DNA of 64,000 bases from Nymphaea colorata. Lineage: Eukaryota. Positions 50,780 through 63,646 of this stretch are shown here, one piece after another (positions within the stretch are counted from its first letter, which is position 1; each line of letters starts with the position of its first letter). The notes below the pieces were generated by a model. That model did not search any database, was not told the DNA's origin, and saw only the letters and a program-made list of their open reading frames with translations. The stretch is from assembly GCF_008831285.2 (NCBI RefSeq), contig NC_045138.2, positions 41,726,001 through 41,790,000 of the forward strand. Direction: 5' to 3'. Both the position numbers and the translations under genes were made by a program.

Positions 50780-53580
50780 TTCCTTTTTTTTATCTCTACC
50801 ATCACCTTCACCTTTAGTTCGTCAAGAAATGCACATTCAATTTTTTTGAATGCCCAACTATCGAAAAAAATCCTATATAAGTCATTGCCTTTGTCATTTA
50901 ACGTTCATGAACAAAGAAACGCAATGACATCTTTGTGAACTCACCATCCAAGCTACCTTCCGCATCGGTCAACCCTATAAAAAAAGAGAAAGGGGAAGGA
51001 ATGGTGGGGACCCTACTTCAAAGGAAAAGGGGGAATTGCCGTTTCACATCCGCCCCTTTTACCCTTTGGCCCAACATGATGACAAACCAACATAGAGAAT
51101 TTCGTAGATAGGTGGCCGGGCGGGCCCTGGTTTTATCTTTCTGATTCCACCGTTACATGGATCATGGTTTTTTTCTTCAAACAAAACTCTCTGTGTACTT
51201 CGGAGCACGGTCTTCTATTAGGTCCTCTACGGACAAAACTCTCTGTGTACTTCGGCAGATTCCATTCCACTCTATAGGAAATGCATGGAATAGGAAGTCC
51301 ATGAAGCAAACAAACTGAGGCCTGGCCGGACCGCTGACGAAGAATAGGTACCCCTGCCCCAGGCAGAGTTAGTGAGCCATGTAATAGGTGACCGTTTCAT
51401 GCGGTTCGGGGGGGCACTTGAGTCAGCCGCCGGTGCCCGGCTGCGTCTTGACCCCAATCCAATTTTTGGGCTAATTCCCCCTTCGTACTACCCAAAAATG
51501 AGATTCTTGCCGAATCTGAGTTTGCTGCTCCAACCATTACCGAACTAATACCTATTCCGTTTAGTACTTCAGGTGCTTCTGTAGTGTATAATGTCAATTC
51601 CGTAGCGGACCAATTCCAACGAGCCTTTCAAACATTGACTTTTGGTAATCGACTCTTTTGCGTCTTCAATAAATGCTGGTTCTTTGATCAAGTTTTTAAT
51701 GACTTTATAGTCAAATCGGTCCTGCGTTTCGGATATGAAGCCTCATTGGAAGCTTTAGACAAAGGTGCTATAGAGATATTGGGTATGGTATCTCGTATAC
51801 ATTCCGATGGATGGCCGAGCGAATCAGTCAACTTCAAAGTGGATTTGTTGTGCGAAGAGTGCGTTATGACCCGTGGCCGACTGTCAGGTGGGGGCGGCTC
51901 CTTTGTTGTGGGTAAACGGGAAACCCGACTCTACGAAAACGAGGAAGGGCAGCACTGCTGTAGTGGGGGAGTGAAGACCGGAGCTTTTGAGTAGTGCTAG
52001 CAGGAACGCAAGGAATCCCCTAGCTAGGAAAGGATGTGGATACGACGAGTTACAACTCTTTAGGAGCGGAGCAACAAGAGCAAGTGGAGTGCGGCTAATG
52101 TCTTCGAGATGAAAAGCCATGTCTACGAGCGAGCCTACCGCTGTGGACTATGCGAGCCCAAAAGCGAGGTGCAAGTGGAGTATACAGAATGAGCAAGTGA
52201 AAAGTGCTATGCAAGCTGTAACTTCGAGCATAGCTGCGCGGGGGAGTCTGCGGGTCTTGGGAAAACATGACAGTGGTTTGGTTCGACGTAAACACTTCGT
52301 TTTTTTGCGTTCAGTCTACTCTTTTCCACGAGCCTGAACTGCCCCGTTCTGTAACTTCCCTTCTTTTGTCCGTCCACGAGGCTGTCAAAAGAGAGAAAGG
52401 GGCGGCTATCTAGCGAGAGTCGCGGCGGTAGTATGCCATGAGGTCCCTATGGACAAGGGGACAATCATCGCTTTTGGGTGCAGGCAGCCCTCTACCATCC
52501 ATCCCATTGCATTCCATCATCTCTTATTGTATTGTACCGTATTTGACCAAAGACGGGTATGGAATGAAAGGGATATCTATATAGATACATATAGATGAGT
52601 ATCCTCATTCATTCCTATCTTCCGGATGTCCCTACCTAACTTCATGGTTTTCGTCTAGGGAGCGCAATTGCTAGAGCACGGGAGAATGAGAATGAAGAGT
52701 AATGATTTCAGCAAGAGCAGCCACACGAACTAATCTAGTCTAGTTATTCTAGTGACTACGTCTAGTCTAGTCTAATATAGTCTAGTAGAGTAGAGTCAAA
52801 AGGGTGAGTATAGCAGCCTTTCTGAGCGAGCCTCTGGGATTTCCTGTAAACCCCCATGATGTGGTAAAGGGAGGATATTAGGGGAAATATTGAGTAGGGA
52901 TTCCCCTGCAGAGAGCCGGATGAGGGGAGACCTTCACGTCCGGTGCGGAGGGCGGGGATATCCTTACCCTACTATCATTATGCCTTTGCAATGTTACCTG
53001 GTTCAACTCCATTTGTGGCCCTTTTTCGTATGTGGGGCTCTATATCTTCTTGGGTAGATAATCGACCGTCTTTTTGGATAGTGAGTAGTTTTTCTAATCT
53101 AAAGTCAAGTCAAGATTCTAAATAGAACTGGAGGAGGAGCCTGCCAGGATGACTTGGTAAGCAAGCAACAATTGATATAGCCGCCCACTCCCAGTTCGTT
53201 CTCTTCTTTAGTCACGATCAGAATGGTAGTAAGTTGGGCCTGTCTTTTTCTCCCAGAGGTGCTGGTTCAATTCAAGCTTGTGAATGAAAGGGGAGGCGCA
53301 CCGAGCCAGGAAGCATAGATTTCCAGGTCTATCTATTAGACAGACGTTCTTTCACCGATGCGAGTGCCGAGTTGTTTCGAGTATCAGAATCCGATCCTCG
53401 CTCAACTCCAGCTTAACAGGTCGGATATGTAGGCAATTTCTGGGAGAAAACATTGATTCGGTAAATTGTACATCAAGGATAGACTTTCCAACCCACGTGG
53501 CCTGCTTGACGAACGTTATTCCCACCATTTCTACTCAAGGCCGAGTCTTCTTCACCGGCAACCTTTGCTCTCCTTCCTTC
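50780..53580 (+). pseudogene. nad5: NUMT: last two nad5 exons (51459-51849, 52973-53125), the cis group II intron between them (51850-52972) and the 3' part of the preceding intron
   Basis: [46 protein letters not shown] and [15 protein letters not shown]. Intron starts GTGCG and ends AC. Domain V motifs at ~51374 and ~52913. Frameshift near 51783. Outer limits approximate. Confidence 0.93.
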
Positions 53581-53729
53581 CTTTAGCAGGAACCTCTCTC
53601 TCCTTTTTTCTTCTTCCAGTCTGTTTTCCTTCTTTTTTCTTCTTCCAGTCTGTTTTCCTTCTTTTGCATGAAGGAATGCATGTAACGTGAAGGAACGCAA
53701 CGCAAGATAAGTACGTATGTTGTGTGCTT

Positions 53730-55230
53730 TAGTGGATACACGTTCTCAGAAGAGCTAGAGGAAGAATACAAGGAGACCGTGGCGATGGAGGGGCGGAATC
53801 CCATGAAGCTCTTAGTCGCTACCAAGGGTTGGGGTCGACTCATAGTTGGAGCTGCGACGGCGATGGGACTTGTGAAGAGGGAGTGGACGGAAGAAGAAAG
53901 CGAGCCGGCTAGGTGGCTTCCCGCCATGCCGTTACTACAGAGACTTCCTACCGACCGATAGGCGAGCTACTTGTCGCTTCTCCTCGGGCAACCAGGAAAC
54001 TCAAGACCAACAGGTGACACAAGACCAATGTTGTAAAAAGCGTATCGTAAGGCGTATCGGTCGGGCTTTAAGATACGCCGTATCGTAACGTATCGTAACC
54101 GTATCGTAAATTTTAAAAAAATAATAATAATAAATCAGAAAAAATTAAAAAAAATCAAAAAATTCATAAAAAAATCAGAAAAAATTAAAAATAATAAATT
54201 CTTCATATAAAACATGGTTTAGTCTTTTAGATATAATGATAGGCTTATTATTTTGCTAAATGCTATAAACTTACACGTTCACGGTTCATCATTCATACTT
54301 CATAGACATCAAAATTCATAACAATATCATTCTTTTTCATCTTTATCTTCATGGTTTAAAAAAAAAACCATTTCCTCTCAATGGGAATCAGCCACCCATG
54401 CACAAATCCATGGTTTAATAGATGATTTTACGGTGACAATCGATGATTTCACAATGGAAATCGATGATTTCACAATGGAAATCAATGATTTCCCTCTAAA
54501 ACGGTACAATCTATAGATTAGAAATGAGGAAGGGGTGGCTTTTTATAAAAAAAACTCGAAAAAATGGGGTTCAAGTCTCCTTTTTAGAAATCAGCCCGTA
54601 TCGCACGTATCGTACGATACAGGTACGATACACCCCCATTTGCGATACAGGGGGTGTATCGTATCGTATTTTGCAAACGATAAGATACGTATCGTACGGT
54701 ACGTACAACACTGCACAAGACTTTCAAAGGAGACCAATTAGTATGGGTTTTATTGACCAAACATGTGTTCTCCACCACCATACGCTCCATTGTAAATATT
54801 AAATGCATTACACATTGGTATATTTTCGGCCCCAAGAAAACTCATTAGAACTACTGTTTGTTTTCTTTTTCAAGGAACATTGTGAAACGGTTTCTGCGAA
54901 TTCTTTTTCCACATGTTCTATCAAATTTGGATGAGCCCTACCTGTTTAGCTTGAGCGTATTTCAAAATTACATGGATCGAGCTCGAATTGAATTTGTATG
55001 AGTCGAGCTCAAATTATTTGACTCATTGAACAAAATGGAGTATCAATGTGGTCAAAATTTGTTCATGCAAAAATCCAATTGAAAGCTAAATTGTTTATGA
55101 ATTGAATTTATTGAACTATATTTCCTAATAAAAACTGAAAAAGGAAAAATTTTCATAAGAACTCAAGCAAACCCTAAAAGTATAAAAACTAAAAGAAAAA
55201 AGTGGATGGTTCAATTATTCAATAGATAAA
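53730..55230 (-). pseudogene. Duplicated fibrillin promoter, 5'UTR and transit-peptide region (copy of ~49065-49840)
   Basis: [31 protein letters not shown] from ATG 53927. Upstream 54714-55230 aligns with 49351-49840. Confidence 0.9.
54026..54713. mobile_element. hAT-type MITE inserted in the duplicated fibrillin promoter
   Basis: TIRs CAATGTTGTA / TACAACACTG. Perfect 8-bp TSD CACAAGAC at 54018-54025 and 54714-54721. CGTATCG subterminal motifs. The paralogous site near 49351 is empty. Confidence 0.93.
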
Positions 55231-58200
55231 AAAGAAGAAAAAGAAAAATAGGTTCACTTCTCTAGTGAACTTGTCGGTCTTGAACTTGGTTGGGTGCAGA
55301 CAGTCTTAAATGCCACCATTTGCAGTTCAAACTGAGTGTCGTAAGAGGCAGAATGGCCCTACCACTTGCACCCACAAAAGTCAACTGAGGAGATGCACCA
55401 TGCAGGCCAACCAGTTATTCAATGTTCCTCGAAGCTAACCAGAGATTTTACAAAGTCCCCACGTTCCCAAAATCACACTTGCCAAAGCAGCAGAACTGTT
55501 GAAAAAGAAAAAAAATCAAATTTCAACCGTTGCTTTGAAAAAAAAAAACCTCAAAGGACATGGCTGTTCGGTCTCATCTTCCATAAATTCAACTGGGCAA
55601 GACTTTTCAGAACTATTATCTCCATTGACCCACCTTAATTCCCAAAATGAACTACACAGGATCTAGTTTTTGATGGTGAGAGCTTGGAGCATGTGTTTCT
55701 GATGAAGCGGGGAAAAGGACATATCCTCTAACCCTCGATCAGGGTCTACGCTAACAAGAGAGAATCGAAATAGATGCAAAACATAACATAATTTACTGGA
55801 TAAGGGAAAGAAAACACAAATATTTGTTAGGGTTTTCATTAACTCAATATTGATTACTAATGTGACTTAAACACCTTTATATGATCTAAAAACAAATTCC
55901 TCGTTCTGGATCCAAACCAAACAACACAAGAAATAAAAACTCAATTTATGAGAATGGCATTTGCTCATGTGTCATTCTCCCTGCATTGGAAAAAAGTTAT
56001 CTTCAACGAATCAAATCTCAGCTCCAAAGATATACTCGCGGAAGAATAATACTGGAATATGGTTGTCTAGGTCAATTTTTCTAGGTTTAGGTATTATTTT
56101 GGGTATGATATTAAATTTTGGCAGTGGATTGGGTTTAGGTATGGGCATATCTTGTTTATGATGTGATAGACGGTTGAACTTAGTTTTTGCAACTAGAATC
56201 GGTTTTAGGTTTTTATTTAAGTAAAGAAAAATATGATTGTATTTGGGGAGAACAAAAATAGGGCTAGGTTTAAGGTAAATGCCTCGGTTGGAACCAGATA
56301 TTGGGCTCAAAAAATTGGCTTCAAATGGGATTTGACCAGTTAAGGGACCGACCAGTTGCATATCAGCCAAGCCGATCTACACCCAGCTTCAGCTGACTGG
56401 GTCAATGCGCTGGGTTTCTAGCTAGGGTCCAGGACAATCTACATTAAGTCATCACCCTTGGCGTTCCTCCCAATCAGCCACAAATGTGGTGGTCACCATG
56501 GTGGAAACCTTTTCTTGTCTTCCACAAACATGCATTTGTGGGTTTGGTAATGTTCTTTCAATGCTGCATTGATTCCTTCCACCGGCGAACGACTATTGCT
56601 TTTCTTTGGCAACATTCATGTTTTCTTGCATTTGAATGAACATTATTCTCATTTGTTCTTGCATTGGGAGTGAGCTTTATTCTCATTTGTTCTTGCATTG
56701 GGATGACCGAATTCTTCCTCAAAATAAGCAATCTGATCTCCAATACTTTTCTACTACGAGGCAAATCTCTTCTTCAGAATAACATGGGAGAATTGATCCA
56801 AAGACTATATTCTTAAATCCCAAAATCGATGGACAAAAGTTCTTGGATGAAATTTCACATACAAAAGTCTGTGGATAAAAATGTGGCCATTGTGCGTGAT
56901 GACCATTACCTCAAATATGAAGTGTAGCTGCAACTACGTAATTGTACTTACTAGTAAATTGAAATAGATCCATTCTTATTGTGAAGCTAGTTGTATACAC
57001 CATTCTTGTGTATGAAATTTCCTGCACCATTTTAATAATGACAGAGAATGCCCGTGATTAATACAAAAAGAAACTTTTTGTAGGAATAAAAAGGGAACCG
57101 CAAAAAGAAAATTTGGGGATTTGATAAAGGTAAAAATTGTCAATCCATGTATATATATTGTTATGACCAATATACCCCTATAAGTAGTAAAAAAGTGTTT
57201 TTGTTTGTTGTCACTCATAGCATTGTTTCATAAATATTTTTATTATCTCATAAATATTTAACTATCTCATTAGCCACTTGTCTCAAACATTAAGTTGGAA
57301 GCCAAATCAGCACCAATGTTGGTCGAAGGCGAATCGGTGGGTGCACTCAATAGACACTCATCCCCCAAGGTGGATGGCGGGAATGATGCAAGAAGATCAT
57401 ACACGAAGGTGTTGTTATCCAAAAATACCCTCAGTGTGGCAAAATGGCTTCTGAAAAGAGAATGCCCTGAGGTGGATGGCAGGAATGATGCTAGAAGCCC
57501 ATACATGAAAAAGGGAAAATGAAGTTTATCGGTCGGTCGTGGAGAATAGGCTTTTCCATAATGCTTTGAACGTTTGCAGCAGTAGAGGGAGTTGTCAGTC
57601 ATAGGCAGTGGTTATCATCCTCGTTGGAGCGGTTCTGGTCATCAGTCAGCATCGATCGGAGCCACCTTCGGGACGTATGTTGGAATGAGCAGAGGCTTCT
57701 ACCAAGTTCTCTTCTTCCAGATGGAGTTCTTGTTCGCAAGGTGCAATTATCGTCATCGTCAGTGGAAGTTATTGTGATCGGCCAAAGAGTATCAGTCGGA
57801 GCAAGCGTAGGGATGATTGTTGCATTCATTCTCCTCGTCGGTGATAGATATAGTCTATTATTTTTAGTTTGGTCTCATACTTTCGTTAGTTCATACGTTG
57901 TACAAGAGAAACAACAGGAGGTGAGATAATGAAAATGACAACTTCTGTATGTATTGCCAAAGCGACACAGAAGGTGATGAGATAACGAAATAACAACATT
58001 ATCTCATATCCTTATGTTTCTCATATGTAGTATATACATGTGTTGTTTATTATGTCCATTCTTTTATCTCTAGCTCTATATTGCATTGTTATTCATTATC
58101 TTACATCTATTTTTTTTCTTCTTGTAGATCAATGATGTCTACTTCAATATATACATAAGAATATGACACCAAACGTCTATTATGGGACGTCAAATGGGGT

Positions 58201-58389
58201 GAAGTCGACCTATATGTTAGACCAAATCTAAAGAACTTGGAAAGATATAGAATGATAAGTGCGTACGATGTTTTGGTAGAACAAAAAACGGATGCGACAC
58301 CTGAAGATGAAGCTGCCATTACAGCAAAACATATGTGACCTAAGGTGGAGCAGGTCGTGGAGAATGAGAAGGAAGGTGTAAAAGAAAAT

Positions 58390-58640
58390 GAGGTGAAGAG
58401 GTGACGAAAATGAATGGATAGGCCGTGGAGTTGGAGAATGCATGGGAGAATGAAGGAGGAAGTGGCAGAAACAAATGGACAGGCCATGGAGACGGAGAAT
58501 GCAAGGGAGAAGGAATTTGAGTAGGAGGAGATGGCAAAATGAAAGGACAAGCCGTGGAGATGAAGAATGCAAGAAATTTGAGCAAAAAAGAGGTGGTGGA
58601 AGCAAAGGCCCAAACCGATGAGACGATAGGGGAGATGAAA
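58390..58640. repeat. Degenerate ~50-60 bp purine-rich tandem repeats
   Basis: Recurring AAATG(A/G)A..GGCCGTGGAG..GAGAATGCA units. Confidence 0.65.
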
Positions 58641-58919
58641 TTTGAGCAAGAGTTGGTGGTGGAAGGGGAGCGACTCCTGGAGGCAGAGAATGAAGTGGAG
58701 GAGGATAATGAGGAGGGGAATCCATTGTTGGATGAAGTAGAGGGATTAGTGTTATGTACATACACTAAAAATTAAAGGTTCTTGGCAAAGGAGAAAACTT
58801 GATTCCAATTTAGAGGTGGTAGAGATAGTTGGGAAGAAAAAGAGGTGATTGTATGACATCGATATAAGTAATCTATGACATTGATTCAAGTATTTGTAAT
58901 TAAAGTTTTTATGCGGGAT

Positions 58920-59010
58920 AATGTCTTTGACACTAGTATTTCTGTTGTCGAAATACAGGCATTGCCAATGGCATTTGGTCGTTGATTGGTATGAAGTTAT
59001 GTTGGACTTC
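58920..59010 (-). pseudogene. Ulp1/C48 peptidase-like remnant (His-motif region), probably transposon-borne
   Basis: Frameshifted FIPIND / CHWQCLYFDNRN resembles the C48 'FIPIN..HWxL' motif. Confidence 0.45.
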
Positions 59011-60679
59011 CAAAAGTAGAGATTGGTGAACATTCTGAGGACTGCTCTCCTATGGTACAATGAAACTCCAATGGGGGCCCTTGTATGTCCTGGCAAAGAA
59101 GTGGAGTTCTTGGACAAACACATTTGTGTTTGATTGATTCAAAATAATGATCACCCTAAAAGACGTTGCTAGGTTGTTTTATATTTGAACTTATGGAAAC
59201 CTATACTTGGGATGTCTAGGTATAGCTTGATAGGGAAGAGCAATGACCTTCTAGGGTTGACGGATTTGGAGTTCAAGAGAGTTGTGGCCTTTTGGGGTTT
59301 GGGGGGGGGGGGGGGGGAGAGTGTAGGTCATTAATTGTTTCAAAGCTACAAAATAAATGGCAGCATGCAAAGCATGATGCACCTTCTCAAGAAGCAAACC
59401 AAGCATTGAGGTCCTATCTTGTTTATTTATTCGACATGTATCTATTTAGTGATAATTCAGGCTCAATAATAAGCTGGCGGTACATCTAATTTTGGAAAAT
59501 ATGTACCAGATTCATCGCTAAGCATGGGGGGTAGCTGTGCTAGTGCATTTGTACAGCCAGCTGAAACGATTTAAAGATGGGGTTGCATCCTTGAGAAGAG
59601 GTTGATTCTATAGGTATAGATATTAGCTTCATCATGTAAATTTATATGTAAAAAATATTATCTATCATCTTGTAATATCAGTATCTGTATTTTATCTCTA
59701 GTTCTGAAGGTAGGAGTACATACCTTCTATTAGGCCCATTGTGGAACATTCATTTCCAAATGCTATTCCATTACATGAGCAGTGGAGAGGTATTAGTCGT
59801 AGAGATTACAACGATATAGAGTCATCTAGGTCGATAATATCAAATCTTCATATGGGTTAGGTATGTATAGCAAACAGTGTTTCATACTTTGCTCAATAAA
59901 GACGTGGAAATACTTGTGTATTAATGATTATTCCATGTTTATGTGTAAGTGCTGTTTAGACCATACATTGGTGGCACTAGTTAAGATTGGATTGTCGTGA
60001 AAGCTTTTGAGCTGTCATGCAAAAACATGTGATTGTTCTACCTAAATAAAGTAGAAACACGGCACAGAAGCCAAGTCCTTTTGCATCATGGTGTTAGATA
60101 GTCGATTTAGCAGCCATCCCAACCCTACAAGTGATTAACGAACAAAAGTGCTTTTAGGGCTGGAGTTGACTCGCAACTGTTTTTTTAGAAAGAGCTCCAT
60201 AACTGGCATCATGGTGGTGAAATGGATGTTGTTTACGACAGCAAGGGGTTTGCACCAGAGTACCACGAGCAGTATTGGGATGTAGTGCACTATCAGGTAC
60301 CTGAAATCTGTTTAGATGTGCCCCATCTTGGATCGCCATCCACAACATCATCATCATCATCATCTCGAGTAAAGGATGCTGCTCAAAGGAACCAGGATCA
60401 TATGGTAGGGAGAATTGAAGCAAAAATGGCAACACCATGTGGAGACTACAGCCCAGCATCCAAACCTACCCGTGGAAGAGAGATTTGTGACAACAATAAA
60501 CTCATTGATTGATCATGTTGCTGATTTGACTCAAAAATTTGATGATTTGAATTATAATTTGTCACGTTATAAACTAGATGATCAAGAATAATCCTATTTT
60601 TTAATAACTACAAACTATATTCTTTTGTTTATAAGAATGAATGATGGGAAGTTAGTTTTATTGTTGACTTTTGTTTATA

Positions 60680-62345
60680 TTTCAGCCTATCATAAAACCA
60701 TTCCTACCATCAAACCTCCTTGTAAGTGCATTTATTTGTCATTCTATCATAAAACCAGTCCATACAATTGTCGCATACTCTTTCTTATGTGCCGAGGGAG
60801 CTGGAGCTGTGTCGGAGATACAAAGGGAGTGCACCGGTCGGGAACTGGGTTGATCTCTTCTATGGCGAAGCATCCGATTGTGTGAGTGTTTATTACGTTC
60901 TTGTACACATAATTATATTTGACTATATCATAAAACGAACCCTACAGTTGCGTTATCACATGATTTTTTGTCTAATTACCTATTGCCTCCCTATAAACAC
61001 ATTATTTCATTCTCTCATACAACAATCATACCATTTATTATCGCATTTTGTTTTGTTAGAGTGTTTATTGCCTCTTAGTAAACACATTTTAATTGTAAAA
61101 CCAGTCCATACAATGGCGTTGTCGCATCTTGTTTTGTTTGAGTGGTTATCGCCTCCTTGTAAGTGTGTTTATTTTTCATTTTATCATAAAACCAGTTCAT
61201 GTCATTGTCGTATTAATTTTGTTTGAGTGCTGATCGTGTCCTTGTGAACACAATTTTATTTCAGTGTGCCATAAAAACCAATCATAATGTTGCGTTATTA
61301 CACTATTTTTGGTTAATTACCTTTTGTCTCTATGTAAACACGTTGTTATTTCATTCTCTAGTACAACAATCTTGTCATTTATTATAATATTTTGTTTTGT
61401 CCGAGTGCTTATCGCATCTTACTAAATACCTTCTTATCGTAAAATCAGTCCATACAATGGCATTGTCACATTATGTTTTGTTTGAGTGCTTATCGCCTCC
61501 CTGTAAGCGCGTTTATTTTTCAGTATATAGTAAAACCAGTCCATACAATGTATTACCACATTAATTTTGTCTATGTGTTTATCGCCTCCTTGTAAGTGTG
61601 TTTCTCTGTCATCTTATCATAAAATCAATCCATACAATGTCATTGTCACATTAATTTTGTTTGAATGCTTATCGCATCCTTATAAACACAATTTTATTTC
61701 AATCTATCGTCAAACCAATCCTAATGTTGTAATATCACACGATTTTTTGTCTGATTACCTATCGCCTCCTTGTAAACGTGTTGTTAGTTAATTGTCTCTC
61801 GTACAACAATCCTGCCACTGATTGTCGCATTTTTTTTGTTAGAGTGCTTATCACCTCTTAGTAAATACCTTTTTATTGTAAAACCAGTCCATACAATGGC
61901 GTTGTCACATTATATTTTATCTGAGTGCTTATCACTTCCTTGCAAGCGCATTTATTTTTCATTTTATCATAAAACAAGTCCACACAATTTCATTGGCATA
62001 TTAATTTTGTCAAAATGCTTATCGCGTTCTTGTAAACATGATTTCATTTCATTCTACCATAAAATCAATCCTAACATTGCGTTATCGCACAACTTTTTGT
62101 CTGATTATCTATCACCTCTATGTAAATGCATTGTTATTTTATTGTCCTGTACAACAATCCTGCCATTTATTGTCATATTTTATTTTGTCTGAGTGCTTAT
62201 CACCTCTTAGTAAATGCCCCTTTTTATGTAAAACCAGTCCATACAATGGCGTTCTCGCATTGTTTTTTGTCTGAGTGCTTATTGCCTCCTTCTAAGCACG
62301 TTTATTTGTCATTTTATCAAAAAATCAGTCCATACAATGTCCTTA
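60680..62345. repeat. Minisatellite of ~87-bp monomers with a ~345-bp (4-mer) higher-order period
   Basis: AAA(C/T)CAGTCCATACAAT restarts at ~60752, ~61098, ~61442, ~61881 and ~62231, with diverged monomers between. Confidence 0.88.
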
Positions 62346-62540
62346 TAGATGCCTTTTTATCGTAAACATCTCTGATTCTACATTGTTTATGTAAATGGTT
62401 TTGTTTTCTTCTTCTTCATCTGGTTTGGTCTTCTTAGTGCGGCTTGTGTAGTAATGTACTCCACCAATTCGTCACGTAGCTATTTCGAGATGTGGTATAC
62501 TATCCTATAAAAAAGCAGATTCGCTGACATTATAAATTGC

Positions 62541-62625
62541 TTATGTGTATTTGATAATGAAAACACCGCAATCATGGTAGTTGTTTTGGCAAGGAGCTTC
62601 CTTCCTATGGAAAAAGCGCCATTAA
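62541..62625 (-). pseudogene. Ulp1/C48 peptidase-like remnant (catalytic Cys region)
   Basis: WRFFHRKEAPCQNNYHDCGVFIIKY matches the QxNxxDCGVF motif. Confidence 0.62.
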
Positions 62626-63646
62626 ATCATGTTGATTCCACATTGACTCTGTAAGAATTCTTTCACGAAACATAAATCATGCAGTACTGGTCAGTGCATT
62701 TGCATTGAAATATAGTATAAGCAAGCTTTGTTCTACATGTCGAGAACATATCATACCTAATGATAGCACTCTTCCCGCAAGGTGGAAGCAGAACCACTTC
62801 AAACAAGTTTAGCAAAGGATTAGAAAGCATACTTTTAGCATGCAGGAAACCACAACCGAATGGCTTCTAGAGGACTGCACTCTGTAAAGCATGATAGAAG
62901 AAAATAAAAAATGTTCCAGTAACAAGCAAGCTATAAATGTATTTCAAAACACTAAACTACTATCATAACAGGACTGAGAATACAACGCTTTTCATTCGCA
63001 ACTCTTCATTGTATTAACTCCATTGCATCGTGCAAAACCTGTGACAAGAAGACAAACTATATAAATGATCCACCTACCATATTACCTAACAGTAGTGTTA
63101 ATGAAATAGTACTTGTGATATTCATAATCCATTCCTTTGGGCTGAGCTCATAGACAATTCACTCTAAATCATCACTAAACAAATTTTGTTTCACCTTCTT
63201 CATTGCCATCACCTTATCAAACGAAGCATTACCGACTGTCTCTCTTGTATTTATGAATATAGTCTAAATTGTTTCTACTATGCCACATTTAATGCACCTG
63301 CATGCAATAGCACATATCCCAGTGGTACGTTGCTACTTTTTGTGCTACTGATAAACACACAATAGTGCAAAAGAATGTTGCTCGAACATTGTTCATCATG
63401 TGTTATCGACTGCATTAATTGAATGTAGTTGCAACAATGAACAACTTCATAAAATGCAGTCGAATGGGTGTTAAACAACACGCAATAGTACATATCGCAA
63501 TGGTTCTTCTCCTTTTTGTGCTATTGATGAACATGCGATAGTGCACCCTCTTAGATAAGCAATTGGTACAATCAAAAGAGTGTGACATAAGTGACCAGTA
63601 CTATAATGTATATATATGTAAGAATAATGTTATATATATATATATG

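Noticed and set aside
51459..53125. Functional nuclear transfer of nad5 using the duplicated transit peptide
   Set aside because: Only two exons are present, there is a frameshift, the group II intron is retained and the transit-peptide copy is on the opposite strand.
58107..58775. Several overlapping ORFs of 140-180 aa
   Set aside because: They arise from purine-skewed tandem repeats; no domain is recognisable.
60680..62345. CRISPR-like repeat/spacer array
   Set aside because: Sequences between the conserved motifs are homologous to each other, the context is eukaryotic and there are no cas genes.
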